Assembly (NCBI GenBank): GCA_038087875.1
Contig: CM075978.1
Span: 180,234,001 to 180,298,000 of the forward strand
Direction of reading: 5' to 3'
Length of the DNA stretch: 64,000 nucleotides
Source: Malacoraja senta
Taxonomy: Eukaryota
Part shown: one piece after another, positions 47,501 to 61,560 of the stretch
Layout: the number at the start of each line of letters is the position of its first letter
Position numbering within the stretch: the first letter of the stretch is position 1
Made by a program: the position numbers and the translations under genes
Notes under the pieces: generated by a model
Databases searched by the model: none
What the model saw: the letters and a program-made list of their open reading frames with translations, nothing else
Told to the model about the DNA's origin: nothing

Positions 47501-49482
47501 GCACAGATTGTACCCAGAGTAGGGGAATCGAGGACCAGAGGACATAGGTTCAAGGTGAAGTGGAAAAGATGTAATAGGAATCCGAGGGGTAAGATTTTCA
47601 CACAGAGGGTGGAGGGTGTATGGAACAAGCTGCCAGAGGAGGTAGTTGAGGCCTTGACTAACCCATCGTTTAAGAATCAGTTGGACAGGTACATGGATAG
47701 GAAAGGTTTGGAGGGTTTTGGACCAAGCGCAGGCAAGTGGGACTAGGGTAGCTGGGACATTGTTGGCCGGTGTAGGCAAGTTGGACCGAAGGGCCTGTTT
47801 CCACACTGTATCATTCTGTGACTCTATGACTCTACTCAGAGATGTGTGAATCTTGGTAATTCCCTACCTCGAAGCATTGAGGATGTTTGAACAGTGAGGA
47901 TTGACATTGATAGATTTCTGGACAGCTTGGATCACCATCAAGGACAAGGGCAGCAGGTGCATGTGAACACCACGGCCTGCAGGCTGCCTTCCAAATCGCA
48001 AACTAGCTTGACTTGGAAATGTATCACTCGTTGACATTTAATGCAATAACAATATTGTTCGTATTGGAAGCAAGATCTCGCGTTTATTTTGTACAGTGGC
48101 CATTTGCATAATATTATTATTTTATTGGGATATTTTTGTACTATAGTGACACTTGATAAAGCTCTTTACACAAATATAATTCTATAGTTTGTCCATTCAC
48201 TTGAGATAATTGTCTTATCGCTCAATTAATTTTTACGTCTGCAGGTTCGGCCCGCGTTGTCCATGTCCTTCGCAATGTAGGTGGTACATTGATCATTCTA
48301 CTGGTGTTGGCTACCTTGCGAATTGTTTTTGGATCAAGCTCTGCCAAAGGTGAATCAAGCTTCATTCTAGAGTTCATCTTCAAATTTCCTGTAAAATGGT
48401 GCTGCGGAGAATCAAATGACGCTACGTGAATTGATGCTATTTGGCCACAATTTACACATTGTTATTAACAAGGTTTCTATCGTGATCCCCAAATGGTACA
48501 GAATTATATCAGTTCTCCATCCCCAGACTCACAGAGGACAACAATTCCGTCAAGTCTCCGCTATCACCAGTGTTCCAAATTCACTTGTAAAAATCCAAAA
48601 TCAAAAGAGGGCATTGAAAGAGCTTAGAAAAATAAATTGTTAATGATCGTTAATATCAAGGAATACAATACTGTCTTCTAGTCGAACTGTTATAAAACGA
48701 TTATATTAATGGGAAAATAAATGTTCCAATAATGAAACGTCATGCAGAATTGAAAGATGAGAGTGGTTGTAATTTAGATGTCGCCACTTGGAGCGGTTTC
48801 CTTCCTCAAGTTACAGCTTTGTGCAACTGCTTATCTTGGGCCAATGCATATTGGATAAATTGGTTATTTCCCAATCGTTTGATTTAAAAGTTGTCGGCAC
48901 TATTGCCGTTCCTTCTTTCATGTTTGTGGTCAGTCGGGACTCCGCTGAATGTTATGATATCTGCATCTGCCCGAAGGATGGAGCCCAGCCGCGGCTGATC
49001 CCTGACCGATGAAGCGTTGGGAATGTCTTCAAAACTGACGTTCAGATAATTATTCAGAGTATCATTTAGTAGTGACTCTCTCGCCTTGACTACGAACCCA
49101 TCTGGAGACAAAGGCTACAAATCGATTTTAGTCGGGAGCACAAAATGGGTAATTGGGAATCGGCGCCAGTTGGATATCTTGTCGGCTCATAATAATAAGA
49201 GTTGTGCAAGAAAATATGTCAACATTCAAAATAACTCACGATCACCAAATCTGCACTATAGTACCCAATTAATTTGTCCATGTCTAGGCTCCGTGGTAAA
49301 GGTTGACCGATTGGTCGAGACATCAGAGCAAACAATGAACAGAGAGGAACATGGAAAGACCTCCGAGCATGTGATAGAAAACGGGTAAGAACGCTAGGGG
49401 ACGAGAAACTTATCACAATAATTCAGTTGATATAAACTTTAAATGTTTTGTTTCTTTAACAGATCGTGCTAGAAACAACTGA
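41528..49482 (+). CDS. Gene C: leader-VJ-C1-TM(Arg) receptor, predicted activating type
   Basis: Exons 41528-41582 (MSFGASVRYMILLATVWHG), 41984-42289 (V), 45022-45312 (C1), 48245-48349 (TM). A tentative tail exon at 49463-49482 (DRARNN*) is low confidence; another candidate acceptor lies near 48932. Confidence 0.7.
41984..42289 (+). CDS. Gene C IgV exon
   Basis: FEVTSTKVDQFPKDLTVHRGDNVSMFC...YWWRW...DSGVYYCKVKHQQQSIGDGPGSRLTVF; 306 nt, phase 1-1. Confidence 0.92.
45022..45312 (+). CDS. Gene C Ig C1-set exon
   Basis: PPTPLSISQVNGSSPPKLVCQTAAFFPKEVKISWQRNG...YTCLVSHVSL; 291 nt, TTACAG acceptor, G|GTAAGA donor. Confidence 0.9.
45580..47832 (+). mobile_element. CR1-type LINE ORF2 fragment in the gene C C1-TM intron
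   Basis: NYRLVSLIFVVGKLLESIL...GVPQGSVLGPLLFVIYINDLD...[14 protein letters not shown]; (TGACTCTA)n tail. Confidence 0.9.
48245..48349 (+). CDS. Gene C TM exon (Arg-containing)
   Basis: GSARVVHVLRNVGGTLIILLVLATLRIVFGSSSAK; TCTGCAG acceptor, G|GTGAAT donor, 105 nt. The RxVGG motif aligns with the other TM exons. Confidence 0.75.
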
Positions 49483-50789
49483 CTGAATCTAAGCGTATTA
49501 TACTGAAAATTGCACTGTTTACTCAAAACCAGTCCACCGTCTGTCTTAAAAGCTGCATTTGGCCGAGTAATTCCAGCCTTGCTCAGGGAGACGAGTCCAG
49601 ATTTTACAAAGACCTAAATAAAAATATACTTCCTGATGTTGTTGTTGAAAGGCCAGATCCCAATTCCGAACTGATGTCTAGCTCTTCTGCATCCTTCATC
49701 AGACAGAAAATCGCTTCTATCTGCCAGAGAGAGCCTCTTTTCACTGCGCGAGAGGCGGGCTCCACCCTGTGGCTTCGGTGAAGTACTACAGACATTGTCA
49801 ATCTGTTCTGCAATTTAGCATCGTGGCCTTCTTCCATCTGGGCGGTGCCTCCAGCCCCTGAATGTTGCGCTCTCCCATCATTCCATCACCTCAGCATGCC
49901 TGAGGCTGGTGATTAAAGAGTCACCATGACTCCGATGTCTGCAACCCGCCTGCCTGATTCAAATTATACCGCAAATGTTGAATCCAAATTAATTAGTGCA
50001 GAATATTTCATAAAGGAGGCAAAGGTTATAAACTTAATCCACTGCTCAAAACATATATTGGACAAGTTACTTCCTGACAAATGGTTTTCAATTAAATTAT
50101 AATGGATATGCGAAATTAGATCTGACATAAAGATACTGATAACTATTAGTTTGCATCCATTTGAATTTGTATATTTTTTCAGTCCCTTTCTTCCAGAAAG
50201 ATATATAAATGCAAAACTGACAAAAACTTCAAATGTGGCATGAAATAAACTACGAGAGTAGAAAAAGAAACTGTCTATGATCTTGAGGGGAAAGAGTTAT
50301 GCCTTTGAAATTTATAAAAGTTCAAAAGGTGTAATCTATTATTTACCTGTGTTTATTAGATCAAATTTTATGCCAGATGGTGTCATTTTAAAACTCATTA
50401 AAAAATTTTAATTTCTTCCACAAAATGATACCGGTAAGAAATTAATTCTTAGAATATATTTTTGTGCAATGAATCAATTTTATAGATATCGAGTCTTTAT
50501 TAAATATGCTCTATCAGTTTGTCTGAATTTACAGATAAGTTGTAACTTAACCATTTTACGCATTGACATCACTTTTGTAATATAATCCCTTGATGTAGAC
50601 CTTTTCAACTGTAAATTAAATGAAATTGGATGAAATTGAAAGCATAAACGAGCCATAATCAAATGCAACAAAATGTTTGTAGTTCTCAATGTCAGATTTG
50701 TTTAAATCTAGAGGTAAATGAAGTAAAATTCAGGAATACACTTACAAGAATGGCTATTTAATAGCTAATTAGCTTTTGATTTAGATAGG

Positions 50790-51605
50790 TAGATACATAG
50801 ATACATAGAAAATAGGTGCAGGAGTAGGCCATTCGGCCCTTCCAGCCTGCACCGCCATTCAATATGATCATGGCTGATCATCCAACTCAGTATCCCGTAC
50901 CTGCCTTCTCTCCATACCCCCTGATCCCTTTAGCCACAAGGGCCACATCTAACTCCCTCTTAAATATAGCCAATGAACTGGCCTCAATTACCCTCTGTGG
51001 CAGAGAGTTCCAGAGATTCACCACTCTCTGTGTGAAAAAGTTTTTTCTCATCTCGGTCTTAAAGGATTTCCCCCTTATCCTTAAGCTGTGACCCCTTGTC
51101 CTGGACTTCCCCAACATCGGGAACAATCTTCCTGCATCTAGCCTGTCCAACCCCATAAGAATTTTGTACGTTTCTATAAGATCCCCTCTCAATCTCCTAA
51201 ATTCTAGCGAGTATAAGCCAAGTCTATCCAGTCTTTCTTCATATGAAAGTCCTGACATCCCAGGAATCAGTCTGGTGAACCTTCTCTGCACTCCCTCTAT
51301 GGCTATAATGTCCTTCCTCAGATTTGGAGACCAAAACTGTACGCAATACTCCAGGTGTGGTCTCACCAAGACCCTGTACAACTGCAGTAGAACCTCCCTG
51401 CTCCTATACTCAAATCCTTTTGCTATGAAAGCTAACATACCATTCGCTTTCTTCACTGCCTGCTGCACCTGCATGCCTACTTTCAATGACTGGTGTACCA
51501 TGACACCCAGGTCTCGCTGCATCTCCCCTTTTCCTAATCGGCCACCATTTAGATAATAGTCTGCTTTCCTGTTTTTGCCACCAAAGTGGATAACCTCACA
51601 TTTAT
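50790..51605 (-). mobile_element. Young CR1-type LINE 3' fragment (open reading frame)
   Basis: KCEVIHFGGKNRK...[14 protein letters not shown]...FFTQRVVNLWNSLP with no internal stops. Confidence 0.9.
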
Positions 51606-52289
51606 AAGGTATGAGGCGGTACTTCTTTAAAGAATACTTAAATTGCTCAGATAATTTGAAATGACTCTGCTCCTGACAGCCCATTCACAATATAAGAGCA
51701 TGCCGAAGCTTAACCTACTTGCCTGGATAAATCCAACTCCAAAAACATTGAAGAAGTGCAACACCATCTTTGATCAGCTTCCCATCAACCAAGCTAAACT
51801 GCACCATCCTAACTTTAAAATATGCTGTTTTTTCATCATCAGGTTAAATCTGAATGCTTCCTTCCCAATTGCATTGGGGGAGTTCATTCACATGAAGGAA
51901 TGCAGTAATTCAAGCCTGTGGATAATGTCCATCTTCTCAGGGCAACGGGGAACGGACAATAAATGCTGGATTTGTTGATGATGCCCACATTCCTGGAAAG
52001 ATAAACACCAAATAATACCCAGTTATTGGATGAGCTAAGGTGTTTGGGAGCATTAATACACAAATCTATGAATAGAGATTAAGGGGCCATATAAAAAGAA
52101 CATGGCACCGTTCATTTTTACTCGGACAGAATTGAAAAGCAGAAAAGGATAAGGTAAGTGGATTGAACTGGAGTACAGTGTACAAAATAAGGCAATACTT
52201 ATCCAGAAATAAAACATTGATTTGGGATTTTCTGCATGGATAAACAATATAATTAGGTGGCCTAATAGAAGTTTTAAGGTTTGACAGAG

Positions 52290-54030
52290 TAGTCGTTTAC
52301 CCTATCTATTCCCCTCATTATCATATATCTGTATAAGATCATTCCTCATTCTCCTGCGCTCTAAGGAATAAGGTCCTAGCCTACTCAACCTCCCCCGTCT
52401 ACTCTTGGCAACATCCTCGTAAATCATCTCTGCACCAATAACATTCCCTACAATAGGATGACGAAAACTGAAGACAATACTCCAAATGTGGCCTCACTAA
52501 TGTCTTGAGCAACTGCAACATAACTAAGCAACTGTAACTGAGGAATTCTTTAAATACCATGTAAAATTGGTAGGTCATCTTCCATGATTGCCCCTTCAAA
52601 TGAAAGATCACCTGACAATACTCCTTGATAGGAAGTAGCTGAAGGAATTGCAATATATTTCCATGCCTACAATCCCGCCTTGATGAATCTGCTTAGTTCT
52701 CACCTCATAAAGCTCAATCAAATTAGTGAGGCAGGATTTACCCCCGCACAAAGATCTACTGACTATCCCTAATAAATACCTGAATTACCAAATGTACATA
52801 AATCATATCTCTTGAGACCTTCCTCATTAATTTCCCTCATTAATGAAGTAAAGCACAACAGTTGTAATTACCTGGCATATATTTGGTGCTCTTCTTAAGT
52901 GAAAGAATAGTAGTTATCCTTCCATGTTTTGGCATGTCACCTTTGAAGAATGAAGGTACTGAAACCTCTGCCTGGGCCACAGGTATCTCCTGCCTTGCCA
53001 TCTTTCCTTTCACCCTAATTAGAACTTGCTGGAGCTGAAGTCTGGTTAATTGTCCCTTAAAAGACTTCCACTTGTCAGTTGTTGTTTTACCTCAAGCATC
53101 TGTGCGCAGTCTACATTCGTCAAGTTCTAGTTATGCTATAGAAACAAGCCTTTCTCGAATTTAAGGAACAACCTGATCCCTTTGCATAAATAACTTGAAC
53201 ATTTCTGAATTTTCACTGTTCAAAAAGTCTCGCTCCACCAACATTTCCGCCACCTACCCAGTTTGCTTTCCTGAGATAATGTCGAGCATCGTACTGACTC
53301 ATCTCTGACAAGACCAATAATATATTGGCTCACAAAATGTAGGGTACACACTGAACAAATCTCTCCCCAGCTAAATCCGTGACAATCAGGACATTCCAGT
53401 TAAGATTGAGCATATAAAAATGCCCACTATAACAAACTTTGGCGGCTTGCTTACATACCTTCCACTCATTTTTCCTGACTACTGGGAAGCCTATCATATA
53501 ACTCTGGCAAAGTGATCGCTCCTCTCATATTCCCAAATTCTATCCATATGGCCTCATTGGATGAACCCTCCAGGATATCCTCCCAATGGGCTAGTTATTT
53601 TCTGCCTAACAGGCAGTGCAAACGTACCCCCCTGCTCTTCTGCACTACCCTTTCTCACACCTGAACGTTGTATAACTTGGAACATTAAGTTGCCAGTCTT
53701 GTCCTTCCCTCATCCCTCAACTACAGTTATGTGATTGCAGTAAAGTCATCATTCCAAGTTCTGACCCATGTTCTAATGTCAACTGACTTGCCAGTGAGAC
53801 ACCCTGCATTAAAGTAAATGCTGCCTCCTCGGCTTGCGAACCTGCCACCCTCTACTCTGCCCTTGGGACTTGCTTGATTTGTCCTGCACAAATTTCACCC
53901 CAGTTGTTGCACTGGTTCTATGCTTCGACCGACCTTCTCCCTTCCCAAGTTCGTTTAAACACTTCTTAGCTTGAGTAATCCTCTCTTCTCTGATCTTTGT
54001 TCCCTTCCAGTTTAGATCAATCAACGTTTC
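52290..54030 (-). mobile_element. Old degenerate CR1-type LINE
   Basis: [14 protein letters not shown] and other heavily decayed ORF2 motifs. Confidence 0.55.
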
Positions 54031-55339
54031 CTATACAGATCCCACGCATGAATCCAGAGATAGGACTCATGAAGTAATTTTTAAAAAACATTTGTGGAAC
54101 TCCCTAAACTCACTTTGCAAGACCTTTATCTTCCCGTAAGCACGTTCTGCGTATTTTCTTTAAACGGTTTGAAGATGTTGTGTCAATGAAAGTTGGTGTT
54201 TTGCGTGTTTCTGAGAAAACATCGCAGTAAAACGTATGCATTTAAATACATGTGTGTATGTGTGTATCTAAATCTGTGCGTGCGTGCTTGTCAGCCTTCT
54301 TTTTAATTTATTCTGGTCCTTTGCAAGTGTCTTTTTTTGTTTCTTGTTCCATTGCGATTGGGAAGGGTACGTCCTCTGGAAGGAAATTTTTAAAAAGACA
54401 CATGGTGCTGGAGTAACTCCGCGGATCAGGCAGCATTGCAGATGCGTAGGTGACGTTTCCAGTCGAGACCTTTCTTCAGGCTTCAGCTTTCTGTCTGTAA
54501 TTCGCTGTAGCCAGAGTACGCACATTTGCAACTTCTCTATAAAAAGATGATATAGCCAATGAACCACCATAAATACATTCATAGCTCGAACTAAAAGTAA
54601 GTAACCTATAAGAGTAATGCACCTTGAATCTGCTGGTGTCATGATGGAAACTCGCTGTGGTCAAAGAGTACGATGATCTGAAGTTGCAAACTGCTCGCGG
54701 TATCCAATTTGACGCTGAAGTGGAAGAAGTCTAATTTAAGTAATTTATTTGAGACCCTGTTTCTGATACCTAAATATTTGCTCTGCGAGTTTTATGTTTG
54801 GTAATTGCGCGCCGTGTACATTCTGGAAAAAAGAAATACGAAACAATTATCTTGATATCAATTTAAAACAAGTTTTAAATGTGCCAAACCTAGAAGAACA
54901 AACCACTTAAATTGTTACATTGTCAATCATTATAAAATTGATAATTGGATAAATATCCTGACATTCCCCTGTGTTATCGGTTACGACAAGAGAGGGGCAT
55001 TTCGAAACACTGAAGTAATTTCAGCTGAAAAACAATCAGAAATAATTTGTTGGTTAATGTGCTTGCAAGAAGAGATGAGCTGCTTAACAAAGAATACAAC
55101 TAGTGAAACACGAGGGAACACGTGTTTTAAATCTGCTTTTGGTCCCAGAGCGCTTTATTGTCATCAAACATGTTGTCATTACTGTAAACAGTAGAGGGTT
55201 GAATTAACAAGTTTACAAAGCTTCGCATCCAGATAGGGTAATGAAACGAAATGGGAGAAAAAGTCAAATCTACATCTTCCCCTAGATAAGACAAGATGAT
55301 AATATTTTTGACAGAATCAAGTGTCAGGTTTGACGTGAT

Positions 55340-57285
55340 CAAGTGTATCCCTGGAAGAGTTTCGGGAACTAAGGAGTAAGCTAAAAAAGGAAATCAGAAT
55401 TGCAAAAAGGGGACAGGAAATATCCCTGGCAGATAGCATTAAGGATAGTCCCAATAGATTTTAGAAGTACATCAAGGGACAAAAGGGGAACCAGAGAGTG
55501 TGGGATCCATAAGGAATCAAAGGGTCAACTCTGGTAGAGCCACATGAGATGGGCAAGGTCCTCAATGAGTACTTCTCCTATTTTTTTTAGCCATGGAGAA
55601 AGACAGGAGAACTGAGGAACTTGGGACAGTCACTGGAAGTATCTTGAGAGCAGTCAGTATTACGGTGGAAGACGTGCTGGATATCGTGAAGTGTATGAAG
55701 GTAGACAAATCTCCCAGGCCTGATCAGATATATCCGAGTACTCTGGGAAGCTAGAGAGGAAATTGCAGGATCCTGGCAGAGATTTACGAGTCATTAAATA
55801 CAAGCGAGGTGTCCAAAGACTGGAGGGTGGCAAATGTTGTGCTTTATTCAAGAAGGATGGCAGGGAAAAGGCTGTGAACTACAGGCCAGTGAGCTTATCA
55901 TCCGTGGTTGGTAAATTGCTGGAGATGATTCTGAGGGATAGGATAGCAATACATCTAGATGGACGTGGGATGATTAGCGATAGTCAACATGGATTTGTAT
56001 GTGGGAGGTCGTGTCTCGTCAACGTGACTGAGTTTTTTGATGATGTGACCAAAAGGATTGATGAAGGCAGAGCTGTAGACTTTGTATATATGGATTTCAT
56101 CAAGGCATTCGACAATGTTCTGCATGGTAGGCTGCTCTGGAAAGTTAGATCACATGGAATCCGAGGAGAGATTGTTGAATGGATTGAAGATTGCCCTACA
56201 GTAGGAAGCAGATGGTGATGGTGGAAGGTTGCTTTTCTGACTGGAAGCTTGTGACTAGTGGTGTGCCTCACGGTTCTGTGCTGGGCCCATTGCTATTTGT
56301 CATCTATATCAATGATTTGGTTGAGAACGTACTTGGCATGTGTAGCAAATTTGCTAATTATACAAAAATGAGTGGCATTACAGGTAGAGCAGATGGTTAT
56401 CAAAATATTACAGCAGGATCTTGATCAGTTCGGCAAGTGCGATGAGGAATGGTTGATGGAATTTAATAGAAATGCGGGGTGGTACATGTTGGGAAGATTA
56501 ACATGGGCAAGACCTACATAGTGCAGGATAGTGCTCTGGGGAGTGCAGGTACATAGTTCTTTGAAAGTGGCACCACATGTAGGTAGAGTGGTCAAAAAGG
56601 CTTTTGGCGCATATGCCTTAATCAGGCAGAGTATTGAGTATAGACGTTGTTAGGTCATGTTGCAGTGATATAAGACATTGGTAAGGCCGCATTTAGAGTA
56701 TTGTGTTCAGTTCTGGGCACTGTGTTATAGGAAAGATGTTGTCAAGCTGGAAAGGGTGCAGAGAAGATTTATGAGGATGTTGACTGGACAAGAGTGCCTG
56801 GGCTATAGGAAGAGGTTGAGTAGCCTTGGACTCTATTCGTTGTTGAGCAATAGGATGAAAGGTGATCATATAGAGGTGTACAAAATCACGAGAGGAATAG
56901 ATTGGATAGACGAACAGAGCCTGTTGCCCAGAGTAGGGGAATCAAGAACTAAATGACATAGGTTTAAGGTGAGGGGGGAAAGATTTAATAGAAACCCGAG
57001 CGGTAACTTTTTCACACCGAGGGGGGTGCATGCATGGAACGAGCTGCTGGAGGAAGTAGTTGAGGTAGGAACTATCCCAATAGCTGACAGATCTTCCCGA
57101 GAACTGCATATTCGTTGATGCAGTGAGATCCCAACGTCGGAAATAAGAGACATTTAGGTACATGGATAGGGCAGAGATATGGGCCAAATGCAGGCAGGAG
57201 GGAGAAGTGTATTTGGGACATGTTGGTCGGTGTGGGCAAGTTGGGCTGAAAGGCCTGTTTCCACGCTGTATGACTCTATACGACT
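55340..57285 (+). mobile_element. CR1-type LINE ORF2 fragment
   Basis: NYRPVSLSSVVGKLLEMIL...GVPHGSVLGPLLFVIYINDL...[13 protein letters not shown]. Confidence 0.88.
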
Positions 57286-58494
57286 GAAAATTCTGGACCT
57301 GTGAATGTTGCTGTTGTGACTTCCGGAAAACACTTGGCAAGGGTGTACTGCAGAGTCTCTCAACAAGAGTAAGGTCGTTAGGCTTCAGGGGTGAAAATAG
57401 GAACAAAGAACATTTATTGAAAGGTGAAATCCTTTTCGCTGTGATTTAAAGTGATTTAGATGAATGGACAGAGGAAGTGTTCAGTTGACATCAGTTAAGA
57501 TTGCATCTTCAACAAAGGTTTTTTGGTCACTTCCGTAACTTCCATATCCCTACGTATGGGAGTGTCATTAGTTCGGAAACCAGAAATGAATCCTCAGCTT
57601 TTGTATTTGTTTTCAAGTGGGGAACAAGCATTGAAATGGTTGCTCCGCGCTGCCTTTCTTTATTTATTTTCGGCTTTCCGATTGACTCTTTTTTGGTGAA
57701 TCTCACTTTTTTGGGTGAATCTCAACACAATAGCTGACAGATCTTCCCGAGAACCCGTTGATGCAGTGAGATCCCAACGTCGGAAATAGTTAATTATATA
57801 CGGATGCTGATCTGCATTGGTGAGTGAGACGATAGTAGGAATAGGGACCACAAGCGTCTTTTGGCACTCGCCCATTTTTCTTGAGAGAACCGCTGGAGAT
57901 CGAGAGAGAAAAGCTAACAGGGAAGAGAGGGAGGAGAAGAAGCACGTATGGGTGAAGGAGGCAGGAAGAACTTGTTCGGCGGTGCTGAAATCTGAAGCAA
58001 ATATCTGCTGGAGGAGCTCAGCGGGTCGAGCAGGATCTGTGGGTGTAACCAGATGGTCGACGTTTCTGCCAGAAACTCTGCATCAGGAAGGGATTGTTGT
58101 TCTTGAGAAGGATATACTTAATTGGGATTTATAGCGATTAATGATGACGGCCGCGACAGTGTGGGGCTACGTTTTGAGAAATCAGCCTGATTTCCCCTTA
58201 AGAATGATATGTATGAATCTGATATTACTTTTCTAAATTGGCACAACTCATTAATGTGCAAATCTCTATAAGTTTCAATATTAGGTTAGTTAGAGCTATA
58301 ATGTATTTATTGAATCTGGAGGCTTTGAGCAATGAGGATTGGCTTGATCATTTTCCCGAGAGCGTCAGAGACCCATCTGGCCTTTTAGAGGTTCTATATA
58401 TGAAATCACAATGAGCATAGATAAGGTGAACAGCACAGACTTTTCATCAGGGTAGGGGATTCAGAAAAACTAGGGGGCAGCATTTTAATGTAAG

Positions 58495-59090
58495 ACCAGA
58501 CCAAGTGCAGACCCATTGGGTCTACTCCCCCAACGTAAGATTCCACCACTCACCCGTTCCCCCAACGCAATATTGCACCACTCACGCATAGTCCCCAACT
58601 GCGCAGGCGCGGCTCATTTCTCCTCATCCCCCAGCACTCCCTCCTACTCTTCTTCACCCTCCCTCTTCAATCTCTAGAGAGGGAGGGGGTAGAGAGGGAG
58701 GGGTGGTAGAGAGGGAGGGGGTAGAGAGGGTGGGGGGGGGTAGAGAGGGAGGAGGTGGGGGGGAAAAGAAGGACAGGGTAGAGAGGGAGGAGGTGGGGGG
58801 GCAAAGAAAGACGGGGTAGAGAGGGAGGGGGTGGGGAGGGAAAGAGGGACGGACAGAGAGGGAGGGGGAGGAGGCTAGAGAGGGAAAGGGGTAGAGAGGG
58901 AGGGGAGGGGGTGGCGAGGGAAACGGAGAGGGAGTAGAGAGGGAGGGTAGTGGAGGGGGGTTGGGGGGAGGGGGCTGGAGAGGGAGAGGGGCAGAGAGGG
59001 AGGGGGTAGAGGGAGAGAGAGAGGGGGATAGAGGAAGAGAGAGGGGGTAGAGTGGGGGGGAGGGATGAGTCTGGGACTAGAGGTCGCAGA
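58495..59090. repeat. Partial copy of the 28990 repeat family followed by a G/A-rich low-complexity tract
   Basis: Shared head sequence; the pyrimidine tract flips to a purine tract at TCTCTAGAGA (~58651-58660). Confidence 0.6.
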
Positions 59091-59659
59091 CACAGAATTA
59101 AAGGACATTCTTTTAGGAAGGAGATGATGATATTTTTTTAGTCAGAGGCTGGTGAATCTGTGGATTTCTTTGCCACAAAAGCTTGTAGAGGCCAAGCCAG
59201 TGGATATTTTTAAGGCCGAGGTAGATAGATTTTTGATTAGTAAAGGTGACAGTTATGGAGAGAACGCAGGAGAATGGGGATTGGAGGGAGAGATAGATCA
59301 GCCAAGATTGAGTGGCCTAATTCTACTCCCATCACTTATAACCTTATGAACTGTCCGGGTTTTATTTAATTGTTATAATGATACCCGTTTCTGCCAATTC
59401 CCTTGGCAGCTCGTTATATTCATTGATTTGCAAAGCAACCAGAGGTACCTGAAATCCGGAAGTGACTATTAATCTATCCCCGTCCAGCAGTTACCAAATC
59501 ATTGAGCAGGCCATGTTGGGTGGCAGTGTGAGTGGCACCATTGAAGGATTATTTCTTCCTAATTTGGGTCAACTAATCTGGTAGAGAAGACTTTTCGGCA
59601 AATCTTGATTTTGCAAATTTATTGCAAACGGAATACATTTAAATTAATAGCAACACATT

Positions 59660-61560
59660 AGAACATAGAAAAGTACAGCACAGGAACAGGCCCTGATCCC
59701 CTAATGTCCATGCCGAACATGATGCCAAGTTGAATTAAACGCGTTTTCCTGACTTTTCTATTCAATGCTCTGATTGATGCATGCAATCATATCAGATGCT
59801 TTCTTTATTACTTTATCTACTTGTATTACCTTTATCAGGGAGCTATGGACTAGGAACCCGAGAGCCCTCTGTATATCGATGCTGCTGAGGCACTTTCCAT
59901 TGAGTGTATACTTTCCCCTTACATTTGACCTCCCAAAGTGCACCACACTTGCACACTCATTCTGCCATTTCTCCGTCCATTTCAGCAACTGATTATAATC
60001 CCTCTTATATAATTTGACTGCCAACATCTTTTCCACAAGTTTCCCAATGTTGGTATTATTTGAAAACTACTAACCAACGCATTTATTTGCAAATATTTTT
60101 TATGTATTGCAGATGACAGAGGTCCCAGTGCAGATCCCTGAGAAACTTTATTGGTCACAGACATCCAGCCAAAATAACTCACTTCCATCACAGCACTCAG
60201 TCTTCTCTGAGTAAGTCAGTTCTGAAATCAAACAACCACATCACCTTGGATTCCAAACACTTTCATCTTCTGGATTACCTACCATGAGGGATTTTATCAA
60301 ATGTCTAGCTAAAAATAAATGTAGACAGCATTCACTGCCCCACCCAGATCAATCACCTTCATCTCCTGCTCAAAAACACCAATCAGGGTCATAATACGTG
60401 GCCTTCCATGTACAAAACCACGCTGACTGTCTTTAATTAGCCCATTTTCTTCCAAATACAAATAAAGCCTCTCCCGAATAATCCACTCCAATAGTTGTTC
60501 TATCACTGATGTGAGGCTCAGTCCTATAATTTCCTTGATCATCTCTAGTTTCCTTCTTAAACAAAGGAACAATATTGGCTGTTCTCCAGTCCTCTGGCGT
60601 GTTGCCCTTCAGCTAAAGAAAATATTAAGTGTAGGAAGGAACTGCAGATGCTGATTTACACTGAAGAAAAACACAAAATGTTGGAGTAACTCAGCAGGAC
60701 AGGCAGCAACTCTAGATAGAAGGAATGGGTGACATTTCAGATTGAGACCCTTCTTCAGACTGAGAGTCAGTGGAGAGGGAGACACAAAGATATGGAAGGG
60801 TAAGGTGTGAAAACAAGATATCAAAGGGGATGGAGTACAACAAAAATGTAGCATAGATCATCCAGACCTCCAGCCTGAATATCGTTCTTCCACCACTACC
60901 CACTGCCTTCTATTAGTAAGCCATTTATGAATCCATACAATCAAATCACTGTTAATCCTCTGTTAATACACAAGATCCTGATCTTTTGGATCAGCCTACA
61001 TCAAATGCATCCCTAAAATCTATGTAGATGCCATCCACTATCCTACTGTCATGTATCACCTTTGCTCCCTCTTCAAAAAATCTGGATCATTAGTAAAAGA
61101 TGACCTGTCACGTACAAAGCCATGCTGACTGGTCTAAATGAAACCATTCTCTTCCAATTGGGAGTAAATCCTATCCAAATGAATCCTATCCAATAGCCCC
61201 CCCCCCCCTACTATTGACGTGTGGTGCACCAGGCCTATATTAGTTAGATTCCCTCTATTTCCCTTTTAAAACAATGGAACAACATTAGCTACTCTGCAGT
61301 CCTCCAGAACATTGTATGTAGCTAGAAAAAAAGCTAAAATCCTTGTCACGGCTCTTGCAATTTCCGCTCTTGCCTCTCTAAATCACTTGGAATTTATCGC
61401 ATTAGGCCCTGTGGATTTATCCACGTTAATGTTTTTTAAAACCCCCAGTACCTTAATCCAAAATATGTCCTTGAATATTAATATTCTCAACACTGAACTC
61501 ACCGTCTTCCATGCCCTTCTCCTCGGCCAATACAAATGCAATGTACTTGTTTAGTACCTT
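59660..61560 (-). mobile_element. Old CR1-type LINE interrupted by a Penelope-like fragment (~60630-60890)
   Basis: VSQGSALGPL, LIKDSQRGFVHGR and VVHFGRSN motifs on the minus strand. Confidence 0.65.
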
